From: Tubiluchus corallicola
Taxonomy: Eukaryota; Animalia; Priapulida
DNA length: 64,000 nt
Assembly (NCBI GenBank): GCA_030141605.1
Contig: JAQGDQ010000336.1
Location: forward strand, 186,001 to 250,000
Reading direction: 5' to 3'
Shown one piece after another: positions 14,561-29,308 of this stretch (its first letter is position 1; every line of letters starts with the position of its first letter). The notes under the pieces are model-generated. The model searched no databases, had not been told where the DNA came from, and was given only the letters and a program-made list of their open reading frames with translations. Made by a program: the position numbers and the translations under genes.

Positions 14561-17500
14561 TTATGTGCGTGCAGGCTGATGAGTGTTGTTACGTACTCAA
14601 GCTATACCGAATTAAAGCCTGAATTTGTGCATGTAATTGTAATTTGATACATTGTATACGTCTATTCCAACGGCAAAATTCAGGAAGCCACACTGTCTGC
14701 AGGTGCAATGCGCACGGCAAACATACCACATGTGCATGTTATGTTGCAGCAGCGCGAAGCCTTAGGCAGTGTCCAGGCATCTGCAATCTGCAGCAGTAAA
14801 ATTGCTATATACGCGTACGAAGTCGCATTTTGCACTTTCCTTGCTGCACTTACCAAGGTTGTGGATACATGGGCGCCGGTCCATCCCGTGTGTCATTGTT
14901 TAACTGAGTATAATAAAAACACCGTCCGTTCTTTTAAGTTTTATCGCGGTTTTTACTACATAGATTTTTTTCAATATAAAATTGTAGCTTGCCTGTATTA
15001 GAATTTATAATACAAAATTTATTATCTAGTTTAATGTATGATCAAAGAGAAACATGGAGAAACGTAGGACCGCAAAAACGTCTTATGCTCGGACACCCTA
15101 CTCGGCCATGTGACGTGATCCTCTCTAGAATACCCAGTATAAGTATCATGTTACTCAATCAACCATTTTCCCTAGGAAAGCAGGTTACATACTTTATTAA
15201 ACTGGTAACCAATTAAAATAACTCATTTTCATTCAAGACATTCAACTTAAACATCAGGTTAAAACATTTTGAGTATTACTCTGTTCCAATTCCGTTAAAT
15301 TAAGTGACTTAGCTTTGATTTCACATTTTTGGTAAGATGAGTTTTGAACAAATGTTTGTTAAGACATACGTTTGATGCCACAAATTAAAAATCATCATTA
15401 AATTTTCTTTCTGCCGTTTAAATGGGAGTAGAAATTCTAAGAGAGTCTAAAACAGCAGGCTAATAGCAAATTGGAATGCGTTGTTTTATAATAACATGAG
15501 TTTTTATCAAACATTACTTGCCCTGCAAATCAACGAAAAATTCCATTTACATATTGTAAACATGTGCTTTCCTTAAAGAGGAAGAAAAGGCGATTATAAA
15601 GTTTTTCCCATAACTTTTCAATGCAAAGTTATGTAACCCAGCATTACGCTTACCTCTTTGAAAAACTGTGGAGAAAACAAAATTTCTGGTTATTTAAAAT
15701 GTTCTCGCAGACTTGTAAGACGTCACCGTTTCAATATCCCCGTGTGCACCAAAAGGCGTCACTGTTATCCCAAAAAAACATAAATATCATGATTAATCTT
15801 ATTGATGAGATAAAGTATTCTGCACTTTTGCTTAGTTAGTGAAGTGGGCACTAAAATGCTCTGATTATTTTTTAAGACTTTATATAATATTGTTTAAACT
15901 TGCCTAAATTGCTTACTCAAATCAATTAATGCAAGAAGACAATACTGAATTAGAAAGGCAGACTGTCAGAGCGGGAGTTAAAATTTACAAGTTTTATACA
16001 GCTTGATTGCTAATACAAGCTCTATGTGCAGAAAGCTACGTATAAGTGATAGAAAATTTCAAGACGAGTTTTTTAACTTTGTATAAGAAAACTGTTTTTT
16101 GTCATTTTTAAGATCGCTTTCCTTATTACGTTTAGAAACACTATAACAATTGTTTTTTCATCCACGTCAAATTAAAAACGAGGACTACTCTACTATACAG
16201 ACTACAATGTAGACAGAAACTCGATTCTGTTAAGAGTTGGCCATCTCCTACAACTTTAAATTGTAGGCTACTTTTTGATTAATGACCATTTTAAGTCACA
16301 AATTGTTAGTTAGAAGAAATTAGGAGAGCTACAACTTCCTGTACAGGGCACAACTGTTGCTGACTTACTGGTTAACATTGTGATGCTGGATACATATTTT
16401 TATATAATCATTTTTAAATGTAATTATAATGATTCCCCTCACTTGCTGATATGAAATGCATACAGCAGTAATTCTCATTTACTACAGGTTTGTTTAATTA
16501 TTTATTTTTTAACATTGTCGCGGCCTTTAAGTTACCTCGTCTTTTTAGAAGTTTCTTGAGTTATTTTCGTATTTAGGGCCTAGGACAGGGTTTACCCGAG
16601 TTACAAGCCATGGCGATGTGCCAAAGGCCTTAAAATGTTTTGCTGGACTAAGATTTGAGTTTCTTTTTTTAGCGGAAATGGTAACGTAAGGGGTGTCACT
16701 TATCCTGGCTTGCACCGTGTTGGGTTCAGTTTTATAAGTCTAAGATTCTCGTTTACCATATATTTGATTTCACCATGCGTATAGATTGGTTCTACGCTTC
16801 TTGTACGGACTTCATATTTCCTCTAAAGACACTTGAGGGATTTCTATAGGTAACCTAGATGAGCATTAGTGGTGTAGTCATCTATCTACCTCTCTATTTG
16901 GATGTGGAGTGTTTGCGAAGAGGATTTCCTTATTTCAGTGACGCGGGCCATACCAGAAGACGTACACCGTAAATGTAGGCATAACTTCCCAAAGTCCCGT
17001 GGCAGAACGTGACGCCGGTACCACAACATGGCATCAAGAAGTACACTAGCGAACATTAGAGCGGCGAAATTGTTAATTAAACTAAGTAATAATATCCTAT
17101 TGTCGTCGAGTGTAGGATGGAAGCACAAAAGAGAGAGAATGTGAATGGTGATGGGCTTTTGTCGGGTTTAAAAAATAGCGAATATTTTACAGGACGTTCA
17201 CACGACAACATCTGTGTCTCGAAATGCACCTTTTATCTTTCGTAGTTTGCAAATAACGTGAACCGTATAAGCATAAATTTGCTCTAATTTCCATACATGT
17301 CAGTGCTATCATTGCTCTGGTTGTTCATTTACTGGTAGCAACATACTACCGTATGACCTCACTCATCATTCTCACTTCTTACCATCCTCATTATCATTTT
17401 TGTTGCGTCATTTCATTAAAAGACAACGATAAAAAATTAAGAAAAAAATCACAACTGCACAAGTCAATACACATAAATACAAAATTACAATTTACACCTC

Positions 17501-17577
17501 TGTGTATTTTATACCAGTGTGTATTTTAATATAACTAAAACATTGAAAACAGTAAACGGCCAACACGGGATGATCGT

Positions 17578-17642
17578 AATCATCATCATCACCATCCTCA
17601 TCGTCATCAGCATTATCAGCAATATGATCAACGTCGTCGTCG

Positions 17643-17700
<58 letters not shown>

Positions 17701-17740
17701 GATTATTGCACTCACGCTCAGCATGAGAATCATCATACTA
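17578..17740. repeat. (ATC)n microsatellite
   Basis: Perfect core ~17643-17700 with degenerate flanks. Confidence 0.95.
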
Positions 17741-18648
17741 TAATAATCAGTTACTATTATGAATCTCTATCTTGATAATCATATCAATAATTTTGACATC
17801 ATCATCAACATCACTACAATCGTCAGCATTGTAACCCTTTAAGTCATAATTGGAAATTTCAACAGGTACGTTATGCAACAGGTATGTTAGCATACGAGCC
17901 TTAAAAACCCCTGAAAAAAAATCAATATTTATGGAGATGAAGAAAATCAGGCTTAAAAACATCAAATATTCGGTAGTACTTTTACAAATTAGCTAGCAAT
18001 TAATGATATCATCAATTAGATTATAACTGAGTGCCATAATTCTGGCATTCACAGGCATAATCTAATTAATGACACTCGTTAGTATTCTAAGAAGTTTTTC
18101 TTAATGCTTTCATAGCATTCAAATGTGAGTAAAAAAGTAGATAATTGCATGAAAAAGCTTGAGTCGACAGCGCGAACCTTCTTTTCATTTGATTCGATTA
18201 CTGGTACTGGTTCTAGGGGATGTAGATTAATGATTGTTGTCATTATTCATTACTATCCTTTAATCCTTTAATTTTAGCGGAACTCTTTCCTACTTTGCAT
18301 GCATCTGGTGCATGATGGATTAAGTCCACATTGCAGTTGTTCAAGGTGCTACTACCTTGGAGATCACTTTGAACGCTCACATCCGGTGACAGATCCTCTT
18401 GACGTGACTTGTCATTAATAAATCTCAAGGACAGCTGTTCATAAATACTCGTAATTCATGTTTTCTGGCCACAACCTATGATTACTTTTATAGCATTTTA
18501 AGTATATGTGTTGGATATGATATATTATTATGAATTTATGATTATGAAATTCTTTCACGCATGTTAAGAATGGAATATCTAGGTAACGTCGTGTTCCCGC
18601 CAAAGTTTCTGCAAATTATGTTCACAGGAGAAACGTTTTTTGTTGCAG

Positions 18649-18962
18649 GCTGCTGAGTGACGGAGAGAAAAAACCCTTCATAGAAGAAGCTGAGCGATTG
18701 AGAGTTGTCCACAAGAAAGAACATCCTGATTATAAATATCAACCTCGACGAAGGAAACCTTTGAAAGGAGCTCAACCGCAGCAAGAACAGACTTGTCAAG
18801 ACTCACATGGCATGTCCAACGCTGTACTATTTAAAGCACTGAAACCTGAAAGCAAAGAGGGAGGTGGGAGTCCTGACGTTATGAATAAGGGCCAAGGTCC
18901 ACCGACGCCGCCTACTACGCCGAATGGTTCTAAGGAAAGCATGCTGAAACACCTGCGAAGAG
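18649..18962 (+). CDS. SoxE: SoxE coding exon 2
   Basis: Acceptor ttttttgttgcag|G completes the Arg codon. Reads [36 protein letters not shown] (rest of the HMG box) and [11 protein letters not shown]. Donor G|GTAAGC (phase 1). Confidence 0.97.
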
Positions 18963-20347
18963 GTAAGCATGCATGATATATTAATTTACCGGTAAAAATT
19001 ACAAATCGAACATTAATATAAAATCTATAATTAGGTAAGTGGACGTTAATGATAAGTTCTGACTGCATTATAAACATTCAGCCTAGATGATGAGAATAGA
19101 AATTTTGAATATATAGTATAATAATAGGGTACATTGTTCACGTTCACGAAGACATGGTTGTGACCCGTTTTGTTTGGCAGTGAACTTTTTTCCTACGCCT
19201 TGTTAGCTAATTAGTTCTGTTATAATTATGCTCCAGTTAGTTAAGCTGTACCTGTAACAGCTGTTTGCAATGAATTAATCAAATTTGCATGATGATTATA
19301 CTTTACCTTGTCACATTATTATTAACGTGTGTAAAAGGATTAGGCTTGCTTTGTTGAATTTTTTCTTCAGTGTAAGTGGGCTTGCTTTTTTCATGTAGTC
19401 TGACAGGTCATCATTAAAATTTTGAAAGTTTTATCACGCTATTTAATTTTTTCGTCAATGATTGCTTGTTATTGCACACCATGCATTGTGTGTGCAAAAT
19501 AACTTATAGAAGCCAGGTTTTTTGCTGAAATCTTAAAGCAAAAGGTGTTGGGTGTTTTATATAAATTGTGAATGTGAAATATTATACGTCGTCAGGTTAC
19601 GAGTTCCATTGATTTTCCTTCATTTAGTCATTTTGCATGTTCTCTTAATTACGTTTTATTATTAACGGCATGATTACGTTTTTTAACTTGAATCCAGGAA
19701 TATGTATCTAAAGTAATTTTGTTAAGTTTGAAAAACAAGTAAATAAGCCTACATGATAGTACCGTATATGCGACTGAAAAAAATAAAATTTGTTATAATT
19801 CGTGATCAGCATTGAGCTTCGTCTCAGTGTAAAATTATCGCAGTGATTATACTGTGTTGCAGTTGTTAATATTTCCAAAATTTTTATAGTCTTCAAAAGG
19901 ACATGGAATAAGTAGAACAACCTCATAAATGAATAAAAAGATGAAAACATTTTATTACAATAATATTTCATACTGCATTTGCACAACATAGAAGTGTCAG
20001 TTGTTGAGAAAAAAATTATATAGGCCCATCTAGGAATGTCTGATGTCCATTACGGACTAATTAGATTAAAGTTGTTATACACGACAATATGTGAACCCTG
20101 CATGTGAAATGCTTTGTTACGAAATAATACAGATTTTAGCAGTAAGAATTATAGTAAGAGTTTCTTTTGATTGGTTTGCACGTTCGTTTCCTTACTAAGC
20201 AGTCTAATTTGTGCAACTGTACGAAGGAAGATTGCAAATTTAAAGAGAAACCTCGTTAAATTGTTTTAAACTGATCCTCGAGTGTAGAACTGTACTTATG
20301 CAGCTACGTAAAATATTATCATTAACATGAGGAATGTTACTTTTCAG

Positions 20348-20964
20348 GTTTGCAACCAGTCGATTTTAATGCTGTTGACATGGCAACACTCAGCACTGAC
20401 GTCATGAGCAACATTGAGCACATTGACCAATCAGAGTTTGATCAATATCTACCAAACGGACAGCCGAATCCTCAAGCTCTTCACCTGCATGGCCATTATC
20501 CATTAAACTACGGAGCATCAAGTACTATCGCTGCATCAGCAAGCTCTTGGCAAACATTATCAAAGTACGGACTTTCTCGCAGTCCACCAGAACGTTCAGT
20601 CCCAAGTACGACGTCACCTCAGGAAAATGCCTATACATACCCCACTGTGACGTCATCGGCTTCCTCTGAACCGACGCGCTTCCATGAGCTCCAACCTGCA
20701 TCAGGCAGTTCAATCAAACTGGAACATTTGCCAGCATCGTCCTCAAGACGAGAAGCATACACGGCGAGGGATCTGTACGACGTTGCACAGCCGCCATATA
20801 TACCTTCATCCATCACGCAAGCAGAGTATGAATACATACCACAAGGTGCAACCTTCTACACCACACAAGCACAACCATACCCGTATGTCGTCGGCCAACG
20901 TTATCCACCAACAACACCAATCAGTGCCATTGGCAGTGAACAATGGACTAGCAGTTACTCCTAA
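20348..20964 (+). CDS. SoxE: SoxE coding exon 3 (K2/TAM region, C-terminal region, stop)
   Basis: Acceptor ttttcag|GT is in phase. VDFNAVDMATLSTDVMSNIEHIDQSEFDQYLP matches the SoxE K2/TAM domain. Also has an IKLE SUMO-type motif and TAA at 20962-20964. Spliced CDS 386+314+617=1317 nt, 438 aa. Confidence 0.95.
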
Positions 20965-22463
20965 ATTCAATGTGTGCTGACAGTATGTGTGTGAAATGTA
21001 CTTGTGCGTGGTGCAAATTGTGTGAAAATGATGTATAAATTATTGTTATTATTATTCTATAAAACAAAATGCAATTATTTTCATAAGGTCAAATACCCTG
21101 ACAAATTATTGTTTCATTAATATTAAGTACTGTGTGTAAATAACATTTCTTATAACGACTGTCACAGGCCAGTGTGAAAGGTCTGTGCACGATACATTAA
21201 TTCACAACCTTAGAAAAGATAAAGGATTTCAAAATCACTGCACATTGTTTATTCGAATTGTAAGAGTACAGTAAAAGTATGTGTACTAAAAATATAGTAA
21301 TTCACAGACAATGCGTGGTGACTGGTACGCAGGTAACTTGATTCACGTGGCTCATTGCACTCTTGAATAAGGGCTAACATTGGCAAATATTTATAATAAA
21401 CATATATATGTATATTTAAATTTTTAATAATTAGCGTTGCAGTTAATTGCACTGGTTTAGAATTTTTTAAGTTAACAAAATAATTTGAAAAATGGTTGTT
21501 TAAAGTACTACTGAAACGCAAGTGACTTATTAACCAGACCTTGTGTATGACCTAAAATCAAACTGTTACTTGTTTTAACATTGTTTAGTTATCAATTTAA
21601 GGCATGTTATAGTTATACACTTTGCAATTTTAGACGGCATGCTACACATAAATTGCTGTAAGCAATACAGTGTAATTAAAAATAATGTTATTTATAGTTT
21701 TATTTACCAGGCATATGTAAGGAAGTGTTAATCCTTTTGCAAAAGCGGTTAATGTAAATATTAATTCCTACCACTTGAATCAGTTAAATTTTTAGAAGCT
21801 GAAATATGCCCATGAATTTTTTGCACTGTAGTATTGTGACAGCATGCAAATCAGACAAACAGAATAAAAAGATTATCATCCACTGACACGATGGACTTGT
21901 TGGCAGGGGTTAACGTGTTAAATTGAACTTCACCATCAAACTTTGTGGTACAAGACTTAATTGGCTGAATTACTTTTAAATTTGAAGCTATGTCAGTATA
22001 TATGACTAATGAAACTCAAGAAAGGTTCCAAGTTTATTCAGAGGCACTTTTATTAACTATTATACAAGCAGATCTGCTGATTAAAGAAACACTGCCGTTA
22101 CGCTGATAATGAAAAGTTACGCTAACAATCGCAAAACCATGAGGGCATCCTTTGTAGTCATATTATAATTTAAGCACAACGTTCAAAATAAAATTATTGT
22201 ATTATATTTATTTTGTTATTAATCTTATGAACTGTTAATAATGCTAGGACGTACTAGATTTTGTATAGTTTCGAGCATCACTAAAATGCCTTATTCTTTT
22301 GTGATTACATGTTTTATAGTGAACTCTGACAAAGCATTTCATAATTTTGTTACTATTTTCGTATGAAACATGTTGTATGGGATGTGCACGCGATTGTTAT
22401 TATAGTATGCAGGTTGTTGAAAAACAAACAAACCAGAATGCTGCTTTACTACTTAAGTTTATT

Positions 22464-22469
22464 AATAAA
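22464..22469 (+). terminator. Candidate SoxE polyadenylation signal
   Basis: AATAAA about 1.5 kb after the stop, followed by T/GT-rich sequence. Another AATAAA lies at 21863-21868. Confidence 0.4.
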
Positions 22470-25400
22470 ACTTTGTAAATACAAAATCCAAACTATTGTT
22501 AATTATTTTGTAATTTCATCGGTACACAATGTTTTAATTTTAATACACAAACTATTAATATAATAATAATTATATTACAATAATTTAAATACATGTATAA
22601 CATTCTTCACTATAAGGTCAAGAATTTTCAGACCTTTTCAGAATCTTGTTCGCAGCAAGAATAGGATTTTGACAAGCTCTTGGTGAAGTAACAAAAGACG
22701 ACAAAATCAGCTTTCACAATGATCTCAGAGCTTTAGCATCACATCTGAAAATCACTGTGAAAACCCGTTTGTCTGCAGACTCCGCAACCTCTGATGGTAT
22801 GATGAAAAGCCACGAGGTCAAAAAGATCACATTTTTTCTCCTCACTTCAAGCAGCAATTTCACAGAGAAGAACAGAGGAGGACACTTGTTAATGTTGCCT
22901 CACACGCATTAAATGTTAGGCAAATACTCATCAAAAGAACCTGCAACAGAAACAAAGCAATATATTTCAATAGAAGAAAAATTTTGAGGAAGAAGGGTGA
23001 ATTCAAAAATAATGGAGCCACTACCGTGACAATACCAATGTGTTGTGGCTGTTTTGTTTCTGTCTAAACGACACACATTCGTATTAACCCAGTAAAGGAA
23101 AATGTGAAAAGAATGTCATAAAAAACAAATAAAATGTAAGTCATGAAGCCATTTTCTTTAAGATTTAATAAGTTTTTTTCACCGTTTAGAACTATTGAAA
23201 TTTCGAGTACAGGAACATATAGCTTGCAGGACTGATTTTTCGACATGCTTTACAATTTGGGTGAAAAATCAATTTTGCTGCTAGCTAGCTAAAGAAAAAA
23301 ACAGTGGCGGTAAGAATACCTGGATACAAATTTCTATCAAATATTTAATAGTGAACATGTCATATTATCATATATTTCATGTAAAACCAAACTAATTTAC
23401 AAACGATTTTAATTGCACACAACCCAAATAAATGTGCAAACAAACTGCATATAACCATGTCAAGGAAGCTAAAGAGACCAATTATTTCCCTCAAGCAAGT
23501 GCGATAGATAAACATTTTTGAGGAAAAAATGCAATATTGGTGTAAAACAGCGTCCTGGTACAGAGCAGACTACAGATGTCAAGCAGGCAGTCATTTTTTA
23601 TACAATGTACGTGATAATAAGCTCCGAGCTGAGGGACCCAGGCACGCCATGTTAGCGATAGCATCAGTATAACCTACGTCAAGTGGGTCTAACAAAAGCA
23701 TATGCTCGTCAAAACGGGTCTTGTATGACATGTTCCTTGCGCAAAAATATGGCAGGAATTTCAATGTTATTCGTGTCGTCACGAGTAGGAAAATTATCAG
23801 GAATGTGTAATAATGGGCGCAGAATGCATAAAAATAATTAAGTGACATTCATTAAATAAAACTGCTAAAAGATCAATGCATTTTTATTTTTGAAGGTTAA
23901 AAGATATGTGCTTGCCCACTGAATTCTGTATAAATTTATGATTATATTTGTCTATATAAAAAATTTAGGCCTATTATCTTAAAAGAACAGAAAGGCAGAG
24001 CGACGTTAATATTAATATTACGCAAAACTCTGACTTTAAAAGACCAACGCACATATATTGATTTTTGATTATCAAAGTGTACGTGCGTTTTGCCAAAATT
24101 TATATAAAAGTATAATTAAGTTGATATACTTCTATAAAAATAATCTTAAAAAGCAGAAAAGCATAAGGTCATTAACGCTTATTATTATGCTACACATAAT
24201 TTCGCGTAATAAGGGTCAACTCATTACACACTGTTATGTGCTAAAATTTTAATTTTATAAATTTCTTAATCTGACGAGGCACATCTTAAGACGCTTGGCA
24301 TCTTGACTTTCACGGAGCATGTTTCAAAGATGTCTTGTAAGAAGCTTCCTGCCCAATGTTCCTGCAATAATAAAGAAACTGTGAAATTGTATTTACATTG
24401 TCAATTTTACACCAGGTATTCTCAACGAGGTAAAATGGATTTTGCGGTAATTAGCGACCATGAAAAGAGACCGCTACACCTTGTTTGGTGCCGACACATT
24501 TTTGTTCAGGTGCCGATTTGCTCAAGAATGTAAAGGTGAGAATTGTGAAATTACTCAAATTCACTTCAAAATCTAATTCTGACAGATCAATAACAGAATC
24601 CGAGAAATTTTATAATCTTAATTAAAAATCGATTAAGAGATTACTGTAAATCAAGTGGCTTAGGCTATCAAAACGGAACATTAAAAATATATTTGGCAAA
24701 AAAATGACGAAGCGCCTAATACACACCGAGCTACACTGCTGATAAATGTTGTTTCTTAAAATGAGATTTTAAAATGGTAAATGCCCAACGATGATTTCTA
24801 AATTGTAAACATTATCATCAGTGCTTATATGTGTACGTAGAAGTATAACTATCAATTTCAACGATTTGATATGCGATGATCTTCGCCGGATTATGGTTTT
24901 TTAGCCCCTAGACTATTGAAACTATTGGGCCCTTCTCAGACGGAACTACCCTCTAACTCGCTAGCACCGTTTTAAATATTTTACTCAGGATATATTTTAG
25001 CGACATTCACGTAGCAGGAAGTAAGCTTATTGCAAATTCTTTAAATAAACTAGAATAAATATTTTTTGTTTATCAATATTTTTTAAGAACTACCACTGTT
25101 TTACTATTTATTACAAACCTAATTAGCACATTTCAACACAATCGTTATGAAAAAACAAATGTTAATTTTGATTTTTTATCAAATGTTACAAAAACTTGAG
25201 GGCTGCAGCTTTTACTAGTCCCTGGGATAAACCGACGCTGGCGATGATTTATTGTATGTTTGTATCTGATTTTTATAATTTCTTGTATGACGTGCTTGCT
25301 TTGTGTTTTACAAACACATTCTGTAACTTCTGTTGTGCTATGAGCAAGCTAATCTATGGGCATACCAGAGTTCTCGGCGGACTGTTTTCTTATACAGCAG

Positions 25401-28400
25401 CAAATCGGCCCAGTCAATGTCCACGTACACTGAATTGTAATATGCAGTCATGAACACTACTAGCACATAAAACACAAACATCACGGATATGCTCTACTAA
25501 TTTCATTTTTTTTTGTTAGGTGAAACAAACTATTAAGTGAAAAAATGCTTTTGAAAGCCGCTGTATGTGCAAAACACGAAGAGACTAACAAAACGTTTAC
25601 ATTCATTGGCTTATATTTTTTGAAGAAAATGAAAGATGCAGTGAGCGTGTAAATGATTAGTAAAACTTTGCCGTGCATCCGTGGCAAATTTTACTGCTAT
25701 CAAAGCACCCCGCGCATCAGTTCCGTTTCCCCATTTAGATTATACTTTTAAATTTAAAAGTATATCTTAAGTCGCAACTCGGGAATCTTTTCTTGGGTCA
25801 TTAAAATTATGATATGGTATTATCTAGCACGTTATCAAATGCTTAATCAAAACTTCTAATCTCAAAAACAACAAATTCATTAACCCTTGGAAACTCTACA
25901 AAGTATGCTATAGCATAACTGTTAGCAAAACTATAGCATATTACACGAAGACCAAATTACAGCATTCTTCAAGCTTATTGCGTGTTCAAGAGGGTTAATC
26001 TTAAGAACAAAAATACAAATTAAAGATGCCGTGATAATGCCACGAAGAATAATAATAGCCTTTGGGAAAATACAGCAGAGCCTCGCTAAATCCTTAGCGG
26101 CCGAGATTTCAGGACTAGGCCGATATAGCATATTAAACATGTTAAATGTCACTGTAAAAATTTTAATTGTCCTTAAAATACTAGGCCTGATCAATCAGCG
26201 TTATGTAGAATAGAAAACCTGCTTTGAAATCTATTATTGTATCACATATATATGGCTTCGTAAAGTGACTTAGAACACTCTGCAAACGAGAGGCTGAGTT
26301 ACAGTCCAATTTCTGCCCAAATAAACGCGCAAAAATAAAACACAAATTTGCAAAACACTTTTCTCAGATGTATCTAATTACCTAATTAAAAAGTAAAGCT
26401 TTATTGTTTACATCTAGATAACATATTGATGCATACATATTGATACATATTGATGCATATTGATTACATGCGCAAAGAAAACGTCGAAAAAATTAACCGC
26501 CTTCTCACAAGTACAGTTGATTAAGGCACGCTAGCATTTCTAACTATATTTACATAATGCTGGCCTACATTTTAAACAAAAATGCTCTAATGATATGTTT
26601 CTGTTTTTCCAGTCATTAGCATTTATTTCATTAAGACACTTAATTAAGCTAGAATACCGGCGCATGTAGCATTTCCCCAGAATCTATTCCTTAACATAAC
26701 TTAGTTGCTTTTATTTTTTTAAATTATTGGTTATGATTAGAAAAAACGAACTAAATTTTCTATCGAGTTCTTCCAATTTCTACTTTAGTTCACCCACTGA
26801 GATTTTTTCAAAGCTTTCTAAGGTATGTGCAATATAAACATTTAAGTTACATTCATGTTTAAGCAAAATGTTTTGATGTTTACAAAGGTGACTCAACTCA
26901 CAATAAGAAGAGCTCATGGTTGCAAAGTTTTGAACACAACGTTACGACAATATGTGAGAAAATTTCTGAAAAATAGGAATCTGAAATAACAATGAAGTTT
27001 TGAACAGACATAACAAATAGTTCCAACCATGTAACTCCTTAAATTCATATCATTCGTTGTTTTATGTAAAATTTTATATAAAATGTGATATAATCTATCA
27101 ACAACGTTTTTCAAAGCAACTCATTGAATATACATTTGGCAGTCTCCCAAAAGATCAGCTTCCACTAGTACCCCACCCTCTTAACATGCAAGCTATCCAA
27201 ATCCCATAAATAAACACCTGAGATGTTTTGATCTACTAAAGATTATGGGTAGAGAATCATAACACTCGGTAATGAGTTAAAATTACATAACACAAGAATG
27301 GGTATTAAACCAGGAAGACTTGAGCTTGTTTGTGTATACTCTGACAAGTATGCAAAGTGTAAATTACGCTGTTCTGACTTTTCGCGAAAACTAGATCTCC
27401 TATACTGCTACTCCTTACAGATATAATGTAAAAGAACAGCTAAAAGAAATTTTTAATACAATTATAAATATGTCAAGTGAAGTACCGATACTTGAAAACT
27501 AGAAAGTGGACATCTCATTTCATTCATTTTGTTCTTCTATTCAAAAAAGTGTTTATTTAATCCTTGTGAAATAGTTGCTGGACAGTGACCGTAAACTTTT
27601 CTTGGCTTTACTGACGACGATTCAGTTGCCTTGTTCATACGATAAATACACTTTGCCTAACTATTCTGAATGAGTGAGTTAAATGTCTACAGTAGTTAAC
27701 GATTCTAGTGTTACCTTCACTCCTAATACAGATACATTTCAAATATCTTTCACAAGTACACACCTGGAAATTGTTTAACCATTCTGCACAGAGGGTCAGG
27801 TTTGTGTGGGAGTTCAAATATTAATTTCAGATACAAGATTGTTCTCGCATTACTTTCGCATGCTTCGCGCCACATTCTTGTCTTCATCTAGCTAACGTTA
27901 CAGGTTCTGATTTTTGAGCTGCTTCCAAAAGCAAAAACATTAATCTCCCAGTTATAGCTGAGTAGGATAACATGTGTGTTCACATACTGATACAATGCGG
28001 TCATACTGAATTATGATCTGGCATACTGACTTCATTTATTGGCTTCATTAAAATGGAACGGGTTAGCCTTACATTACCTTACAGTGCTTCCTTACTTTTA
28101 GTGACGTCAGCTTTATCATGGCTTCATCCGCATTTATTCAAGTGCTTCGCCGACACGCTTGTGATCACGTTGATCACTTCTTATATCAGACGATACGTAA
28201 TTATTCTCTAATCTTGCCATAGCGGCTGTATTTATTTATCTAGCTATCCTGGAGTACAGTTGGCAGGAAGTAGAACTTGTACCTACTGGCTAAAAGTTGC
28301 AATCTTCAATCGACCATGAGCCGCTACATGCAGCGCACGTGTGAGTTACAGAAACACATTTGGCGCTTCTAGACGCACAAGAACTTGCAAGATGTTTTTA

Positions 28401-28849
28401 GAAGTTAATTTTAAGAGCATGGAGTAATTCGCAGCAAATTCATAAAAGCTTGATGTTTGACTGAGTGGTCTGAGCCGTTCTCAAAATTCTCTGGAGGTTT
28501 TCGGAGTTGGTGCATAGTTTGCTGTCTCGCTTGACTGAACGCAAAAAAGCATTAGGACTAAGACTTTCTAAACTTGTCCGTGGTACAATAATTGTAGTCT
28601 ATTTAGGAAACTCAGGACATGAATTCATACATGGGAACTCAGGGTAACTTTGAAATTAGCTCTATTCACTCACAGATAAAAAGTATTTACATTTGATTGT
28701 CTGGTGGCTTGTATAAAAGAATTAGGCAATTATTACACAGTATTACTTAAAAATGTTATACATCATCGCTTAATGTGATTGGGATATTTTGCACGCATTA
28801 TTTAAAATTTTAGTATGTTTTTGGTGTGGACACAGCGACTTTTTAGACT

Positions 28850-29308
28850 TCATTTGTAAAAGCAAAGCAAACACCCACTATGGAACGAACTCTGTAATCA
28901 AACAAGCAATTTTACTTTGGAATTCTCTACCATTACAGGTTAAACAAATCAAGTCCCTATCAGCATTTAAAACAAAATTAAAATCATTAATATTAACCAG
29001 ATATGAAATGCCATCACACCAGTACGACAACATACACACTAATTCAGAATTCATATACCCACGGCCATATTAATTAAATCATAGTTTGCTTGTTTTTATT
29101 TATTTATTTTTTATTTTTTTGTATATGGTTGTAAATATGTTTGATTTTATTCGTCATTACTGCACAGTAGTTTAGATTGCACTGACGCATTTGCCTTCAG
29201 CAGTCTTTATTAACTAACACTGATTGATTATCTCTGTAAAGTTTTTATCAGTGATTATCAGTGTTTTTAATGGCAAATAAAGATTATTATATATATATAT
29301 ATATATAA
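28850..29308 (+). mobile_element. 5'-truncated CR1/L2-clade LINE fragment
   Basis: ORF end TNSVIKQAILLWNSLPLQVKQIKSLSAFKTKLK is the typical CR1/L2 ORF2 C-terminus (WNSLP...SLxxFKxKLK). It is followed by a 3'UTR, AATAAA at ~29276 and a short simple-repeat tail. Confidence 0.8.

Noticed and set aside
22673-22912. ~80-codon open frame on the + strand after the SoxE 3'UTR
   Set aside because: No recognisable homology, start context or splice support.
28455-28520. tRNA or tRNA-derived SINE (GAGTGGTCT A-box-like)
   Set aside because: No convincing B-box or cloverleaf.
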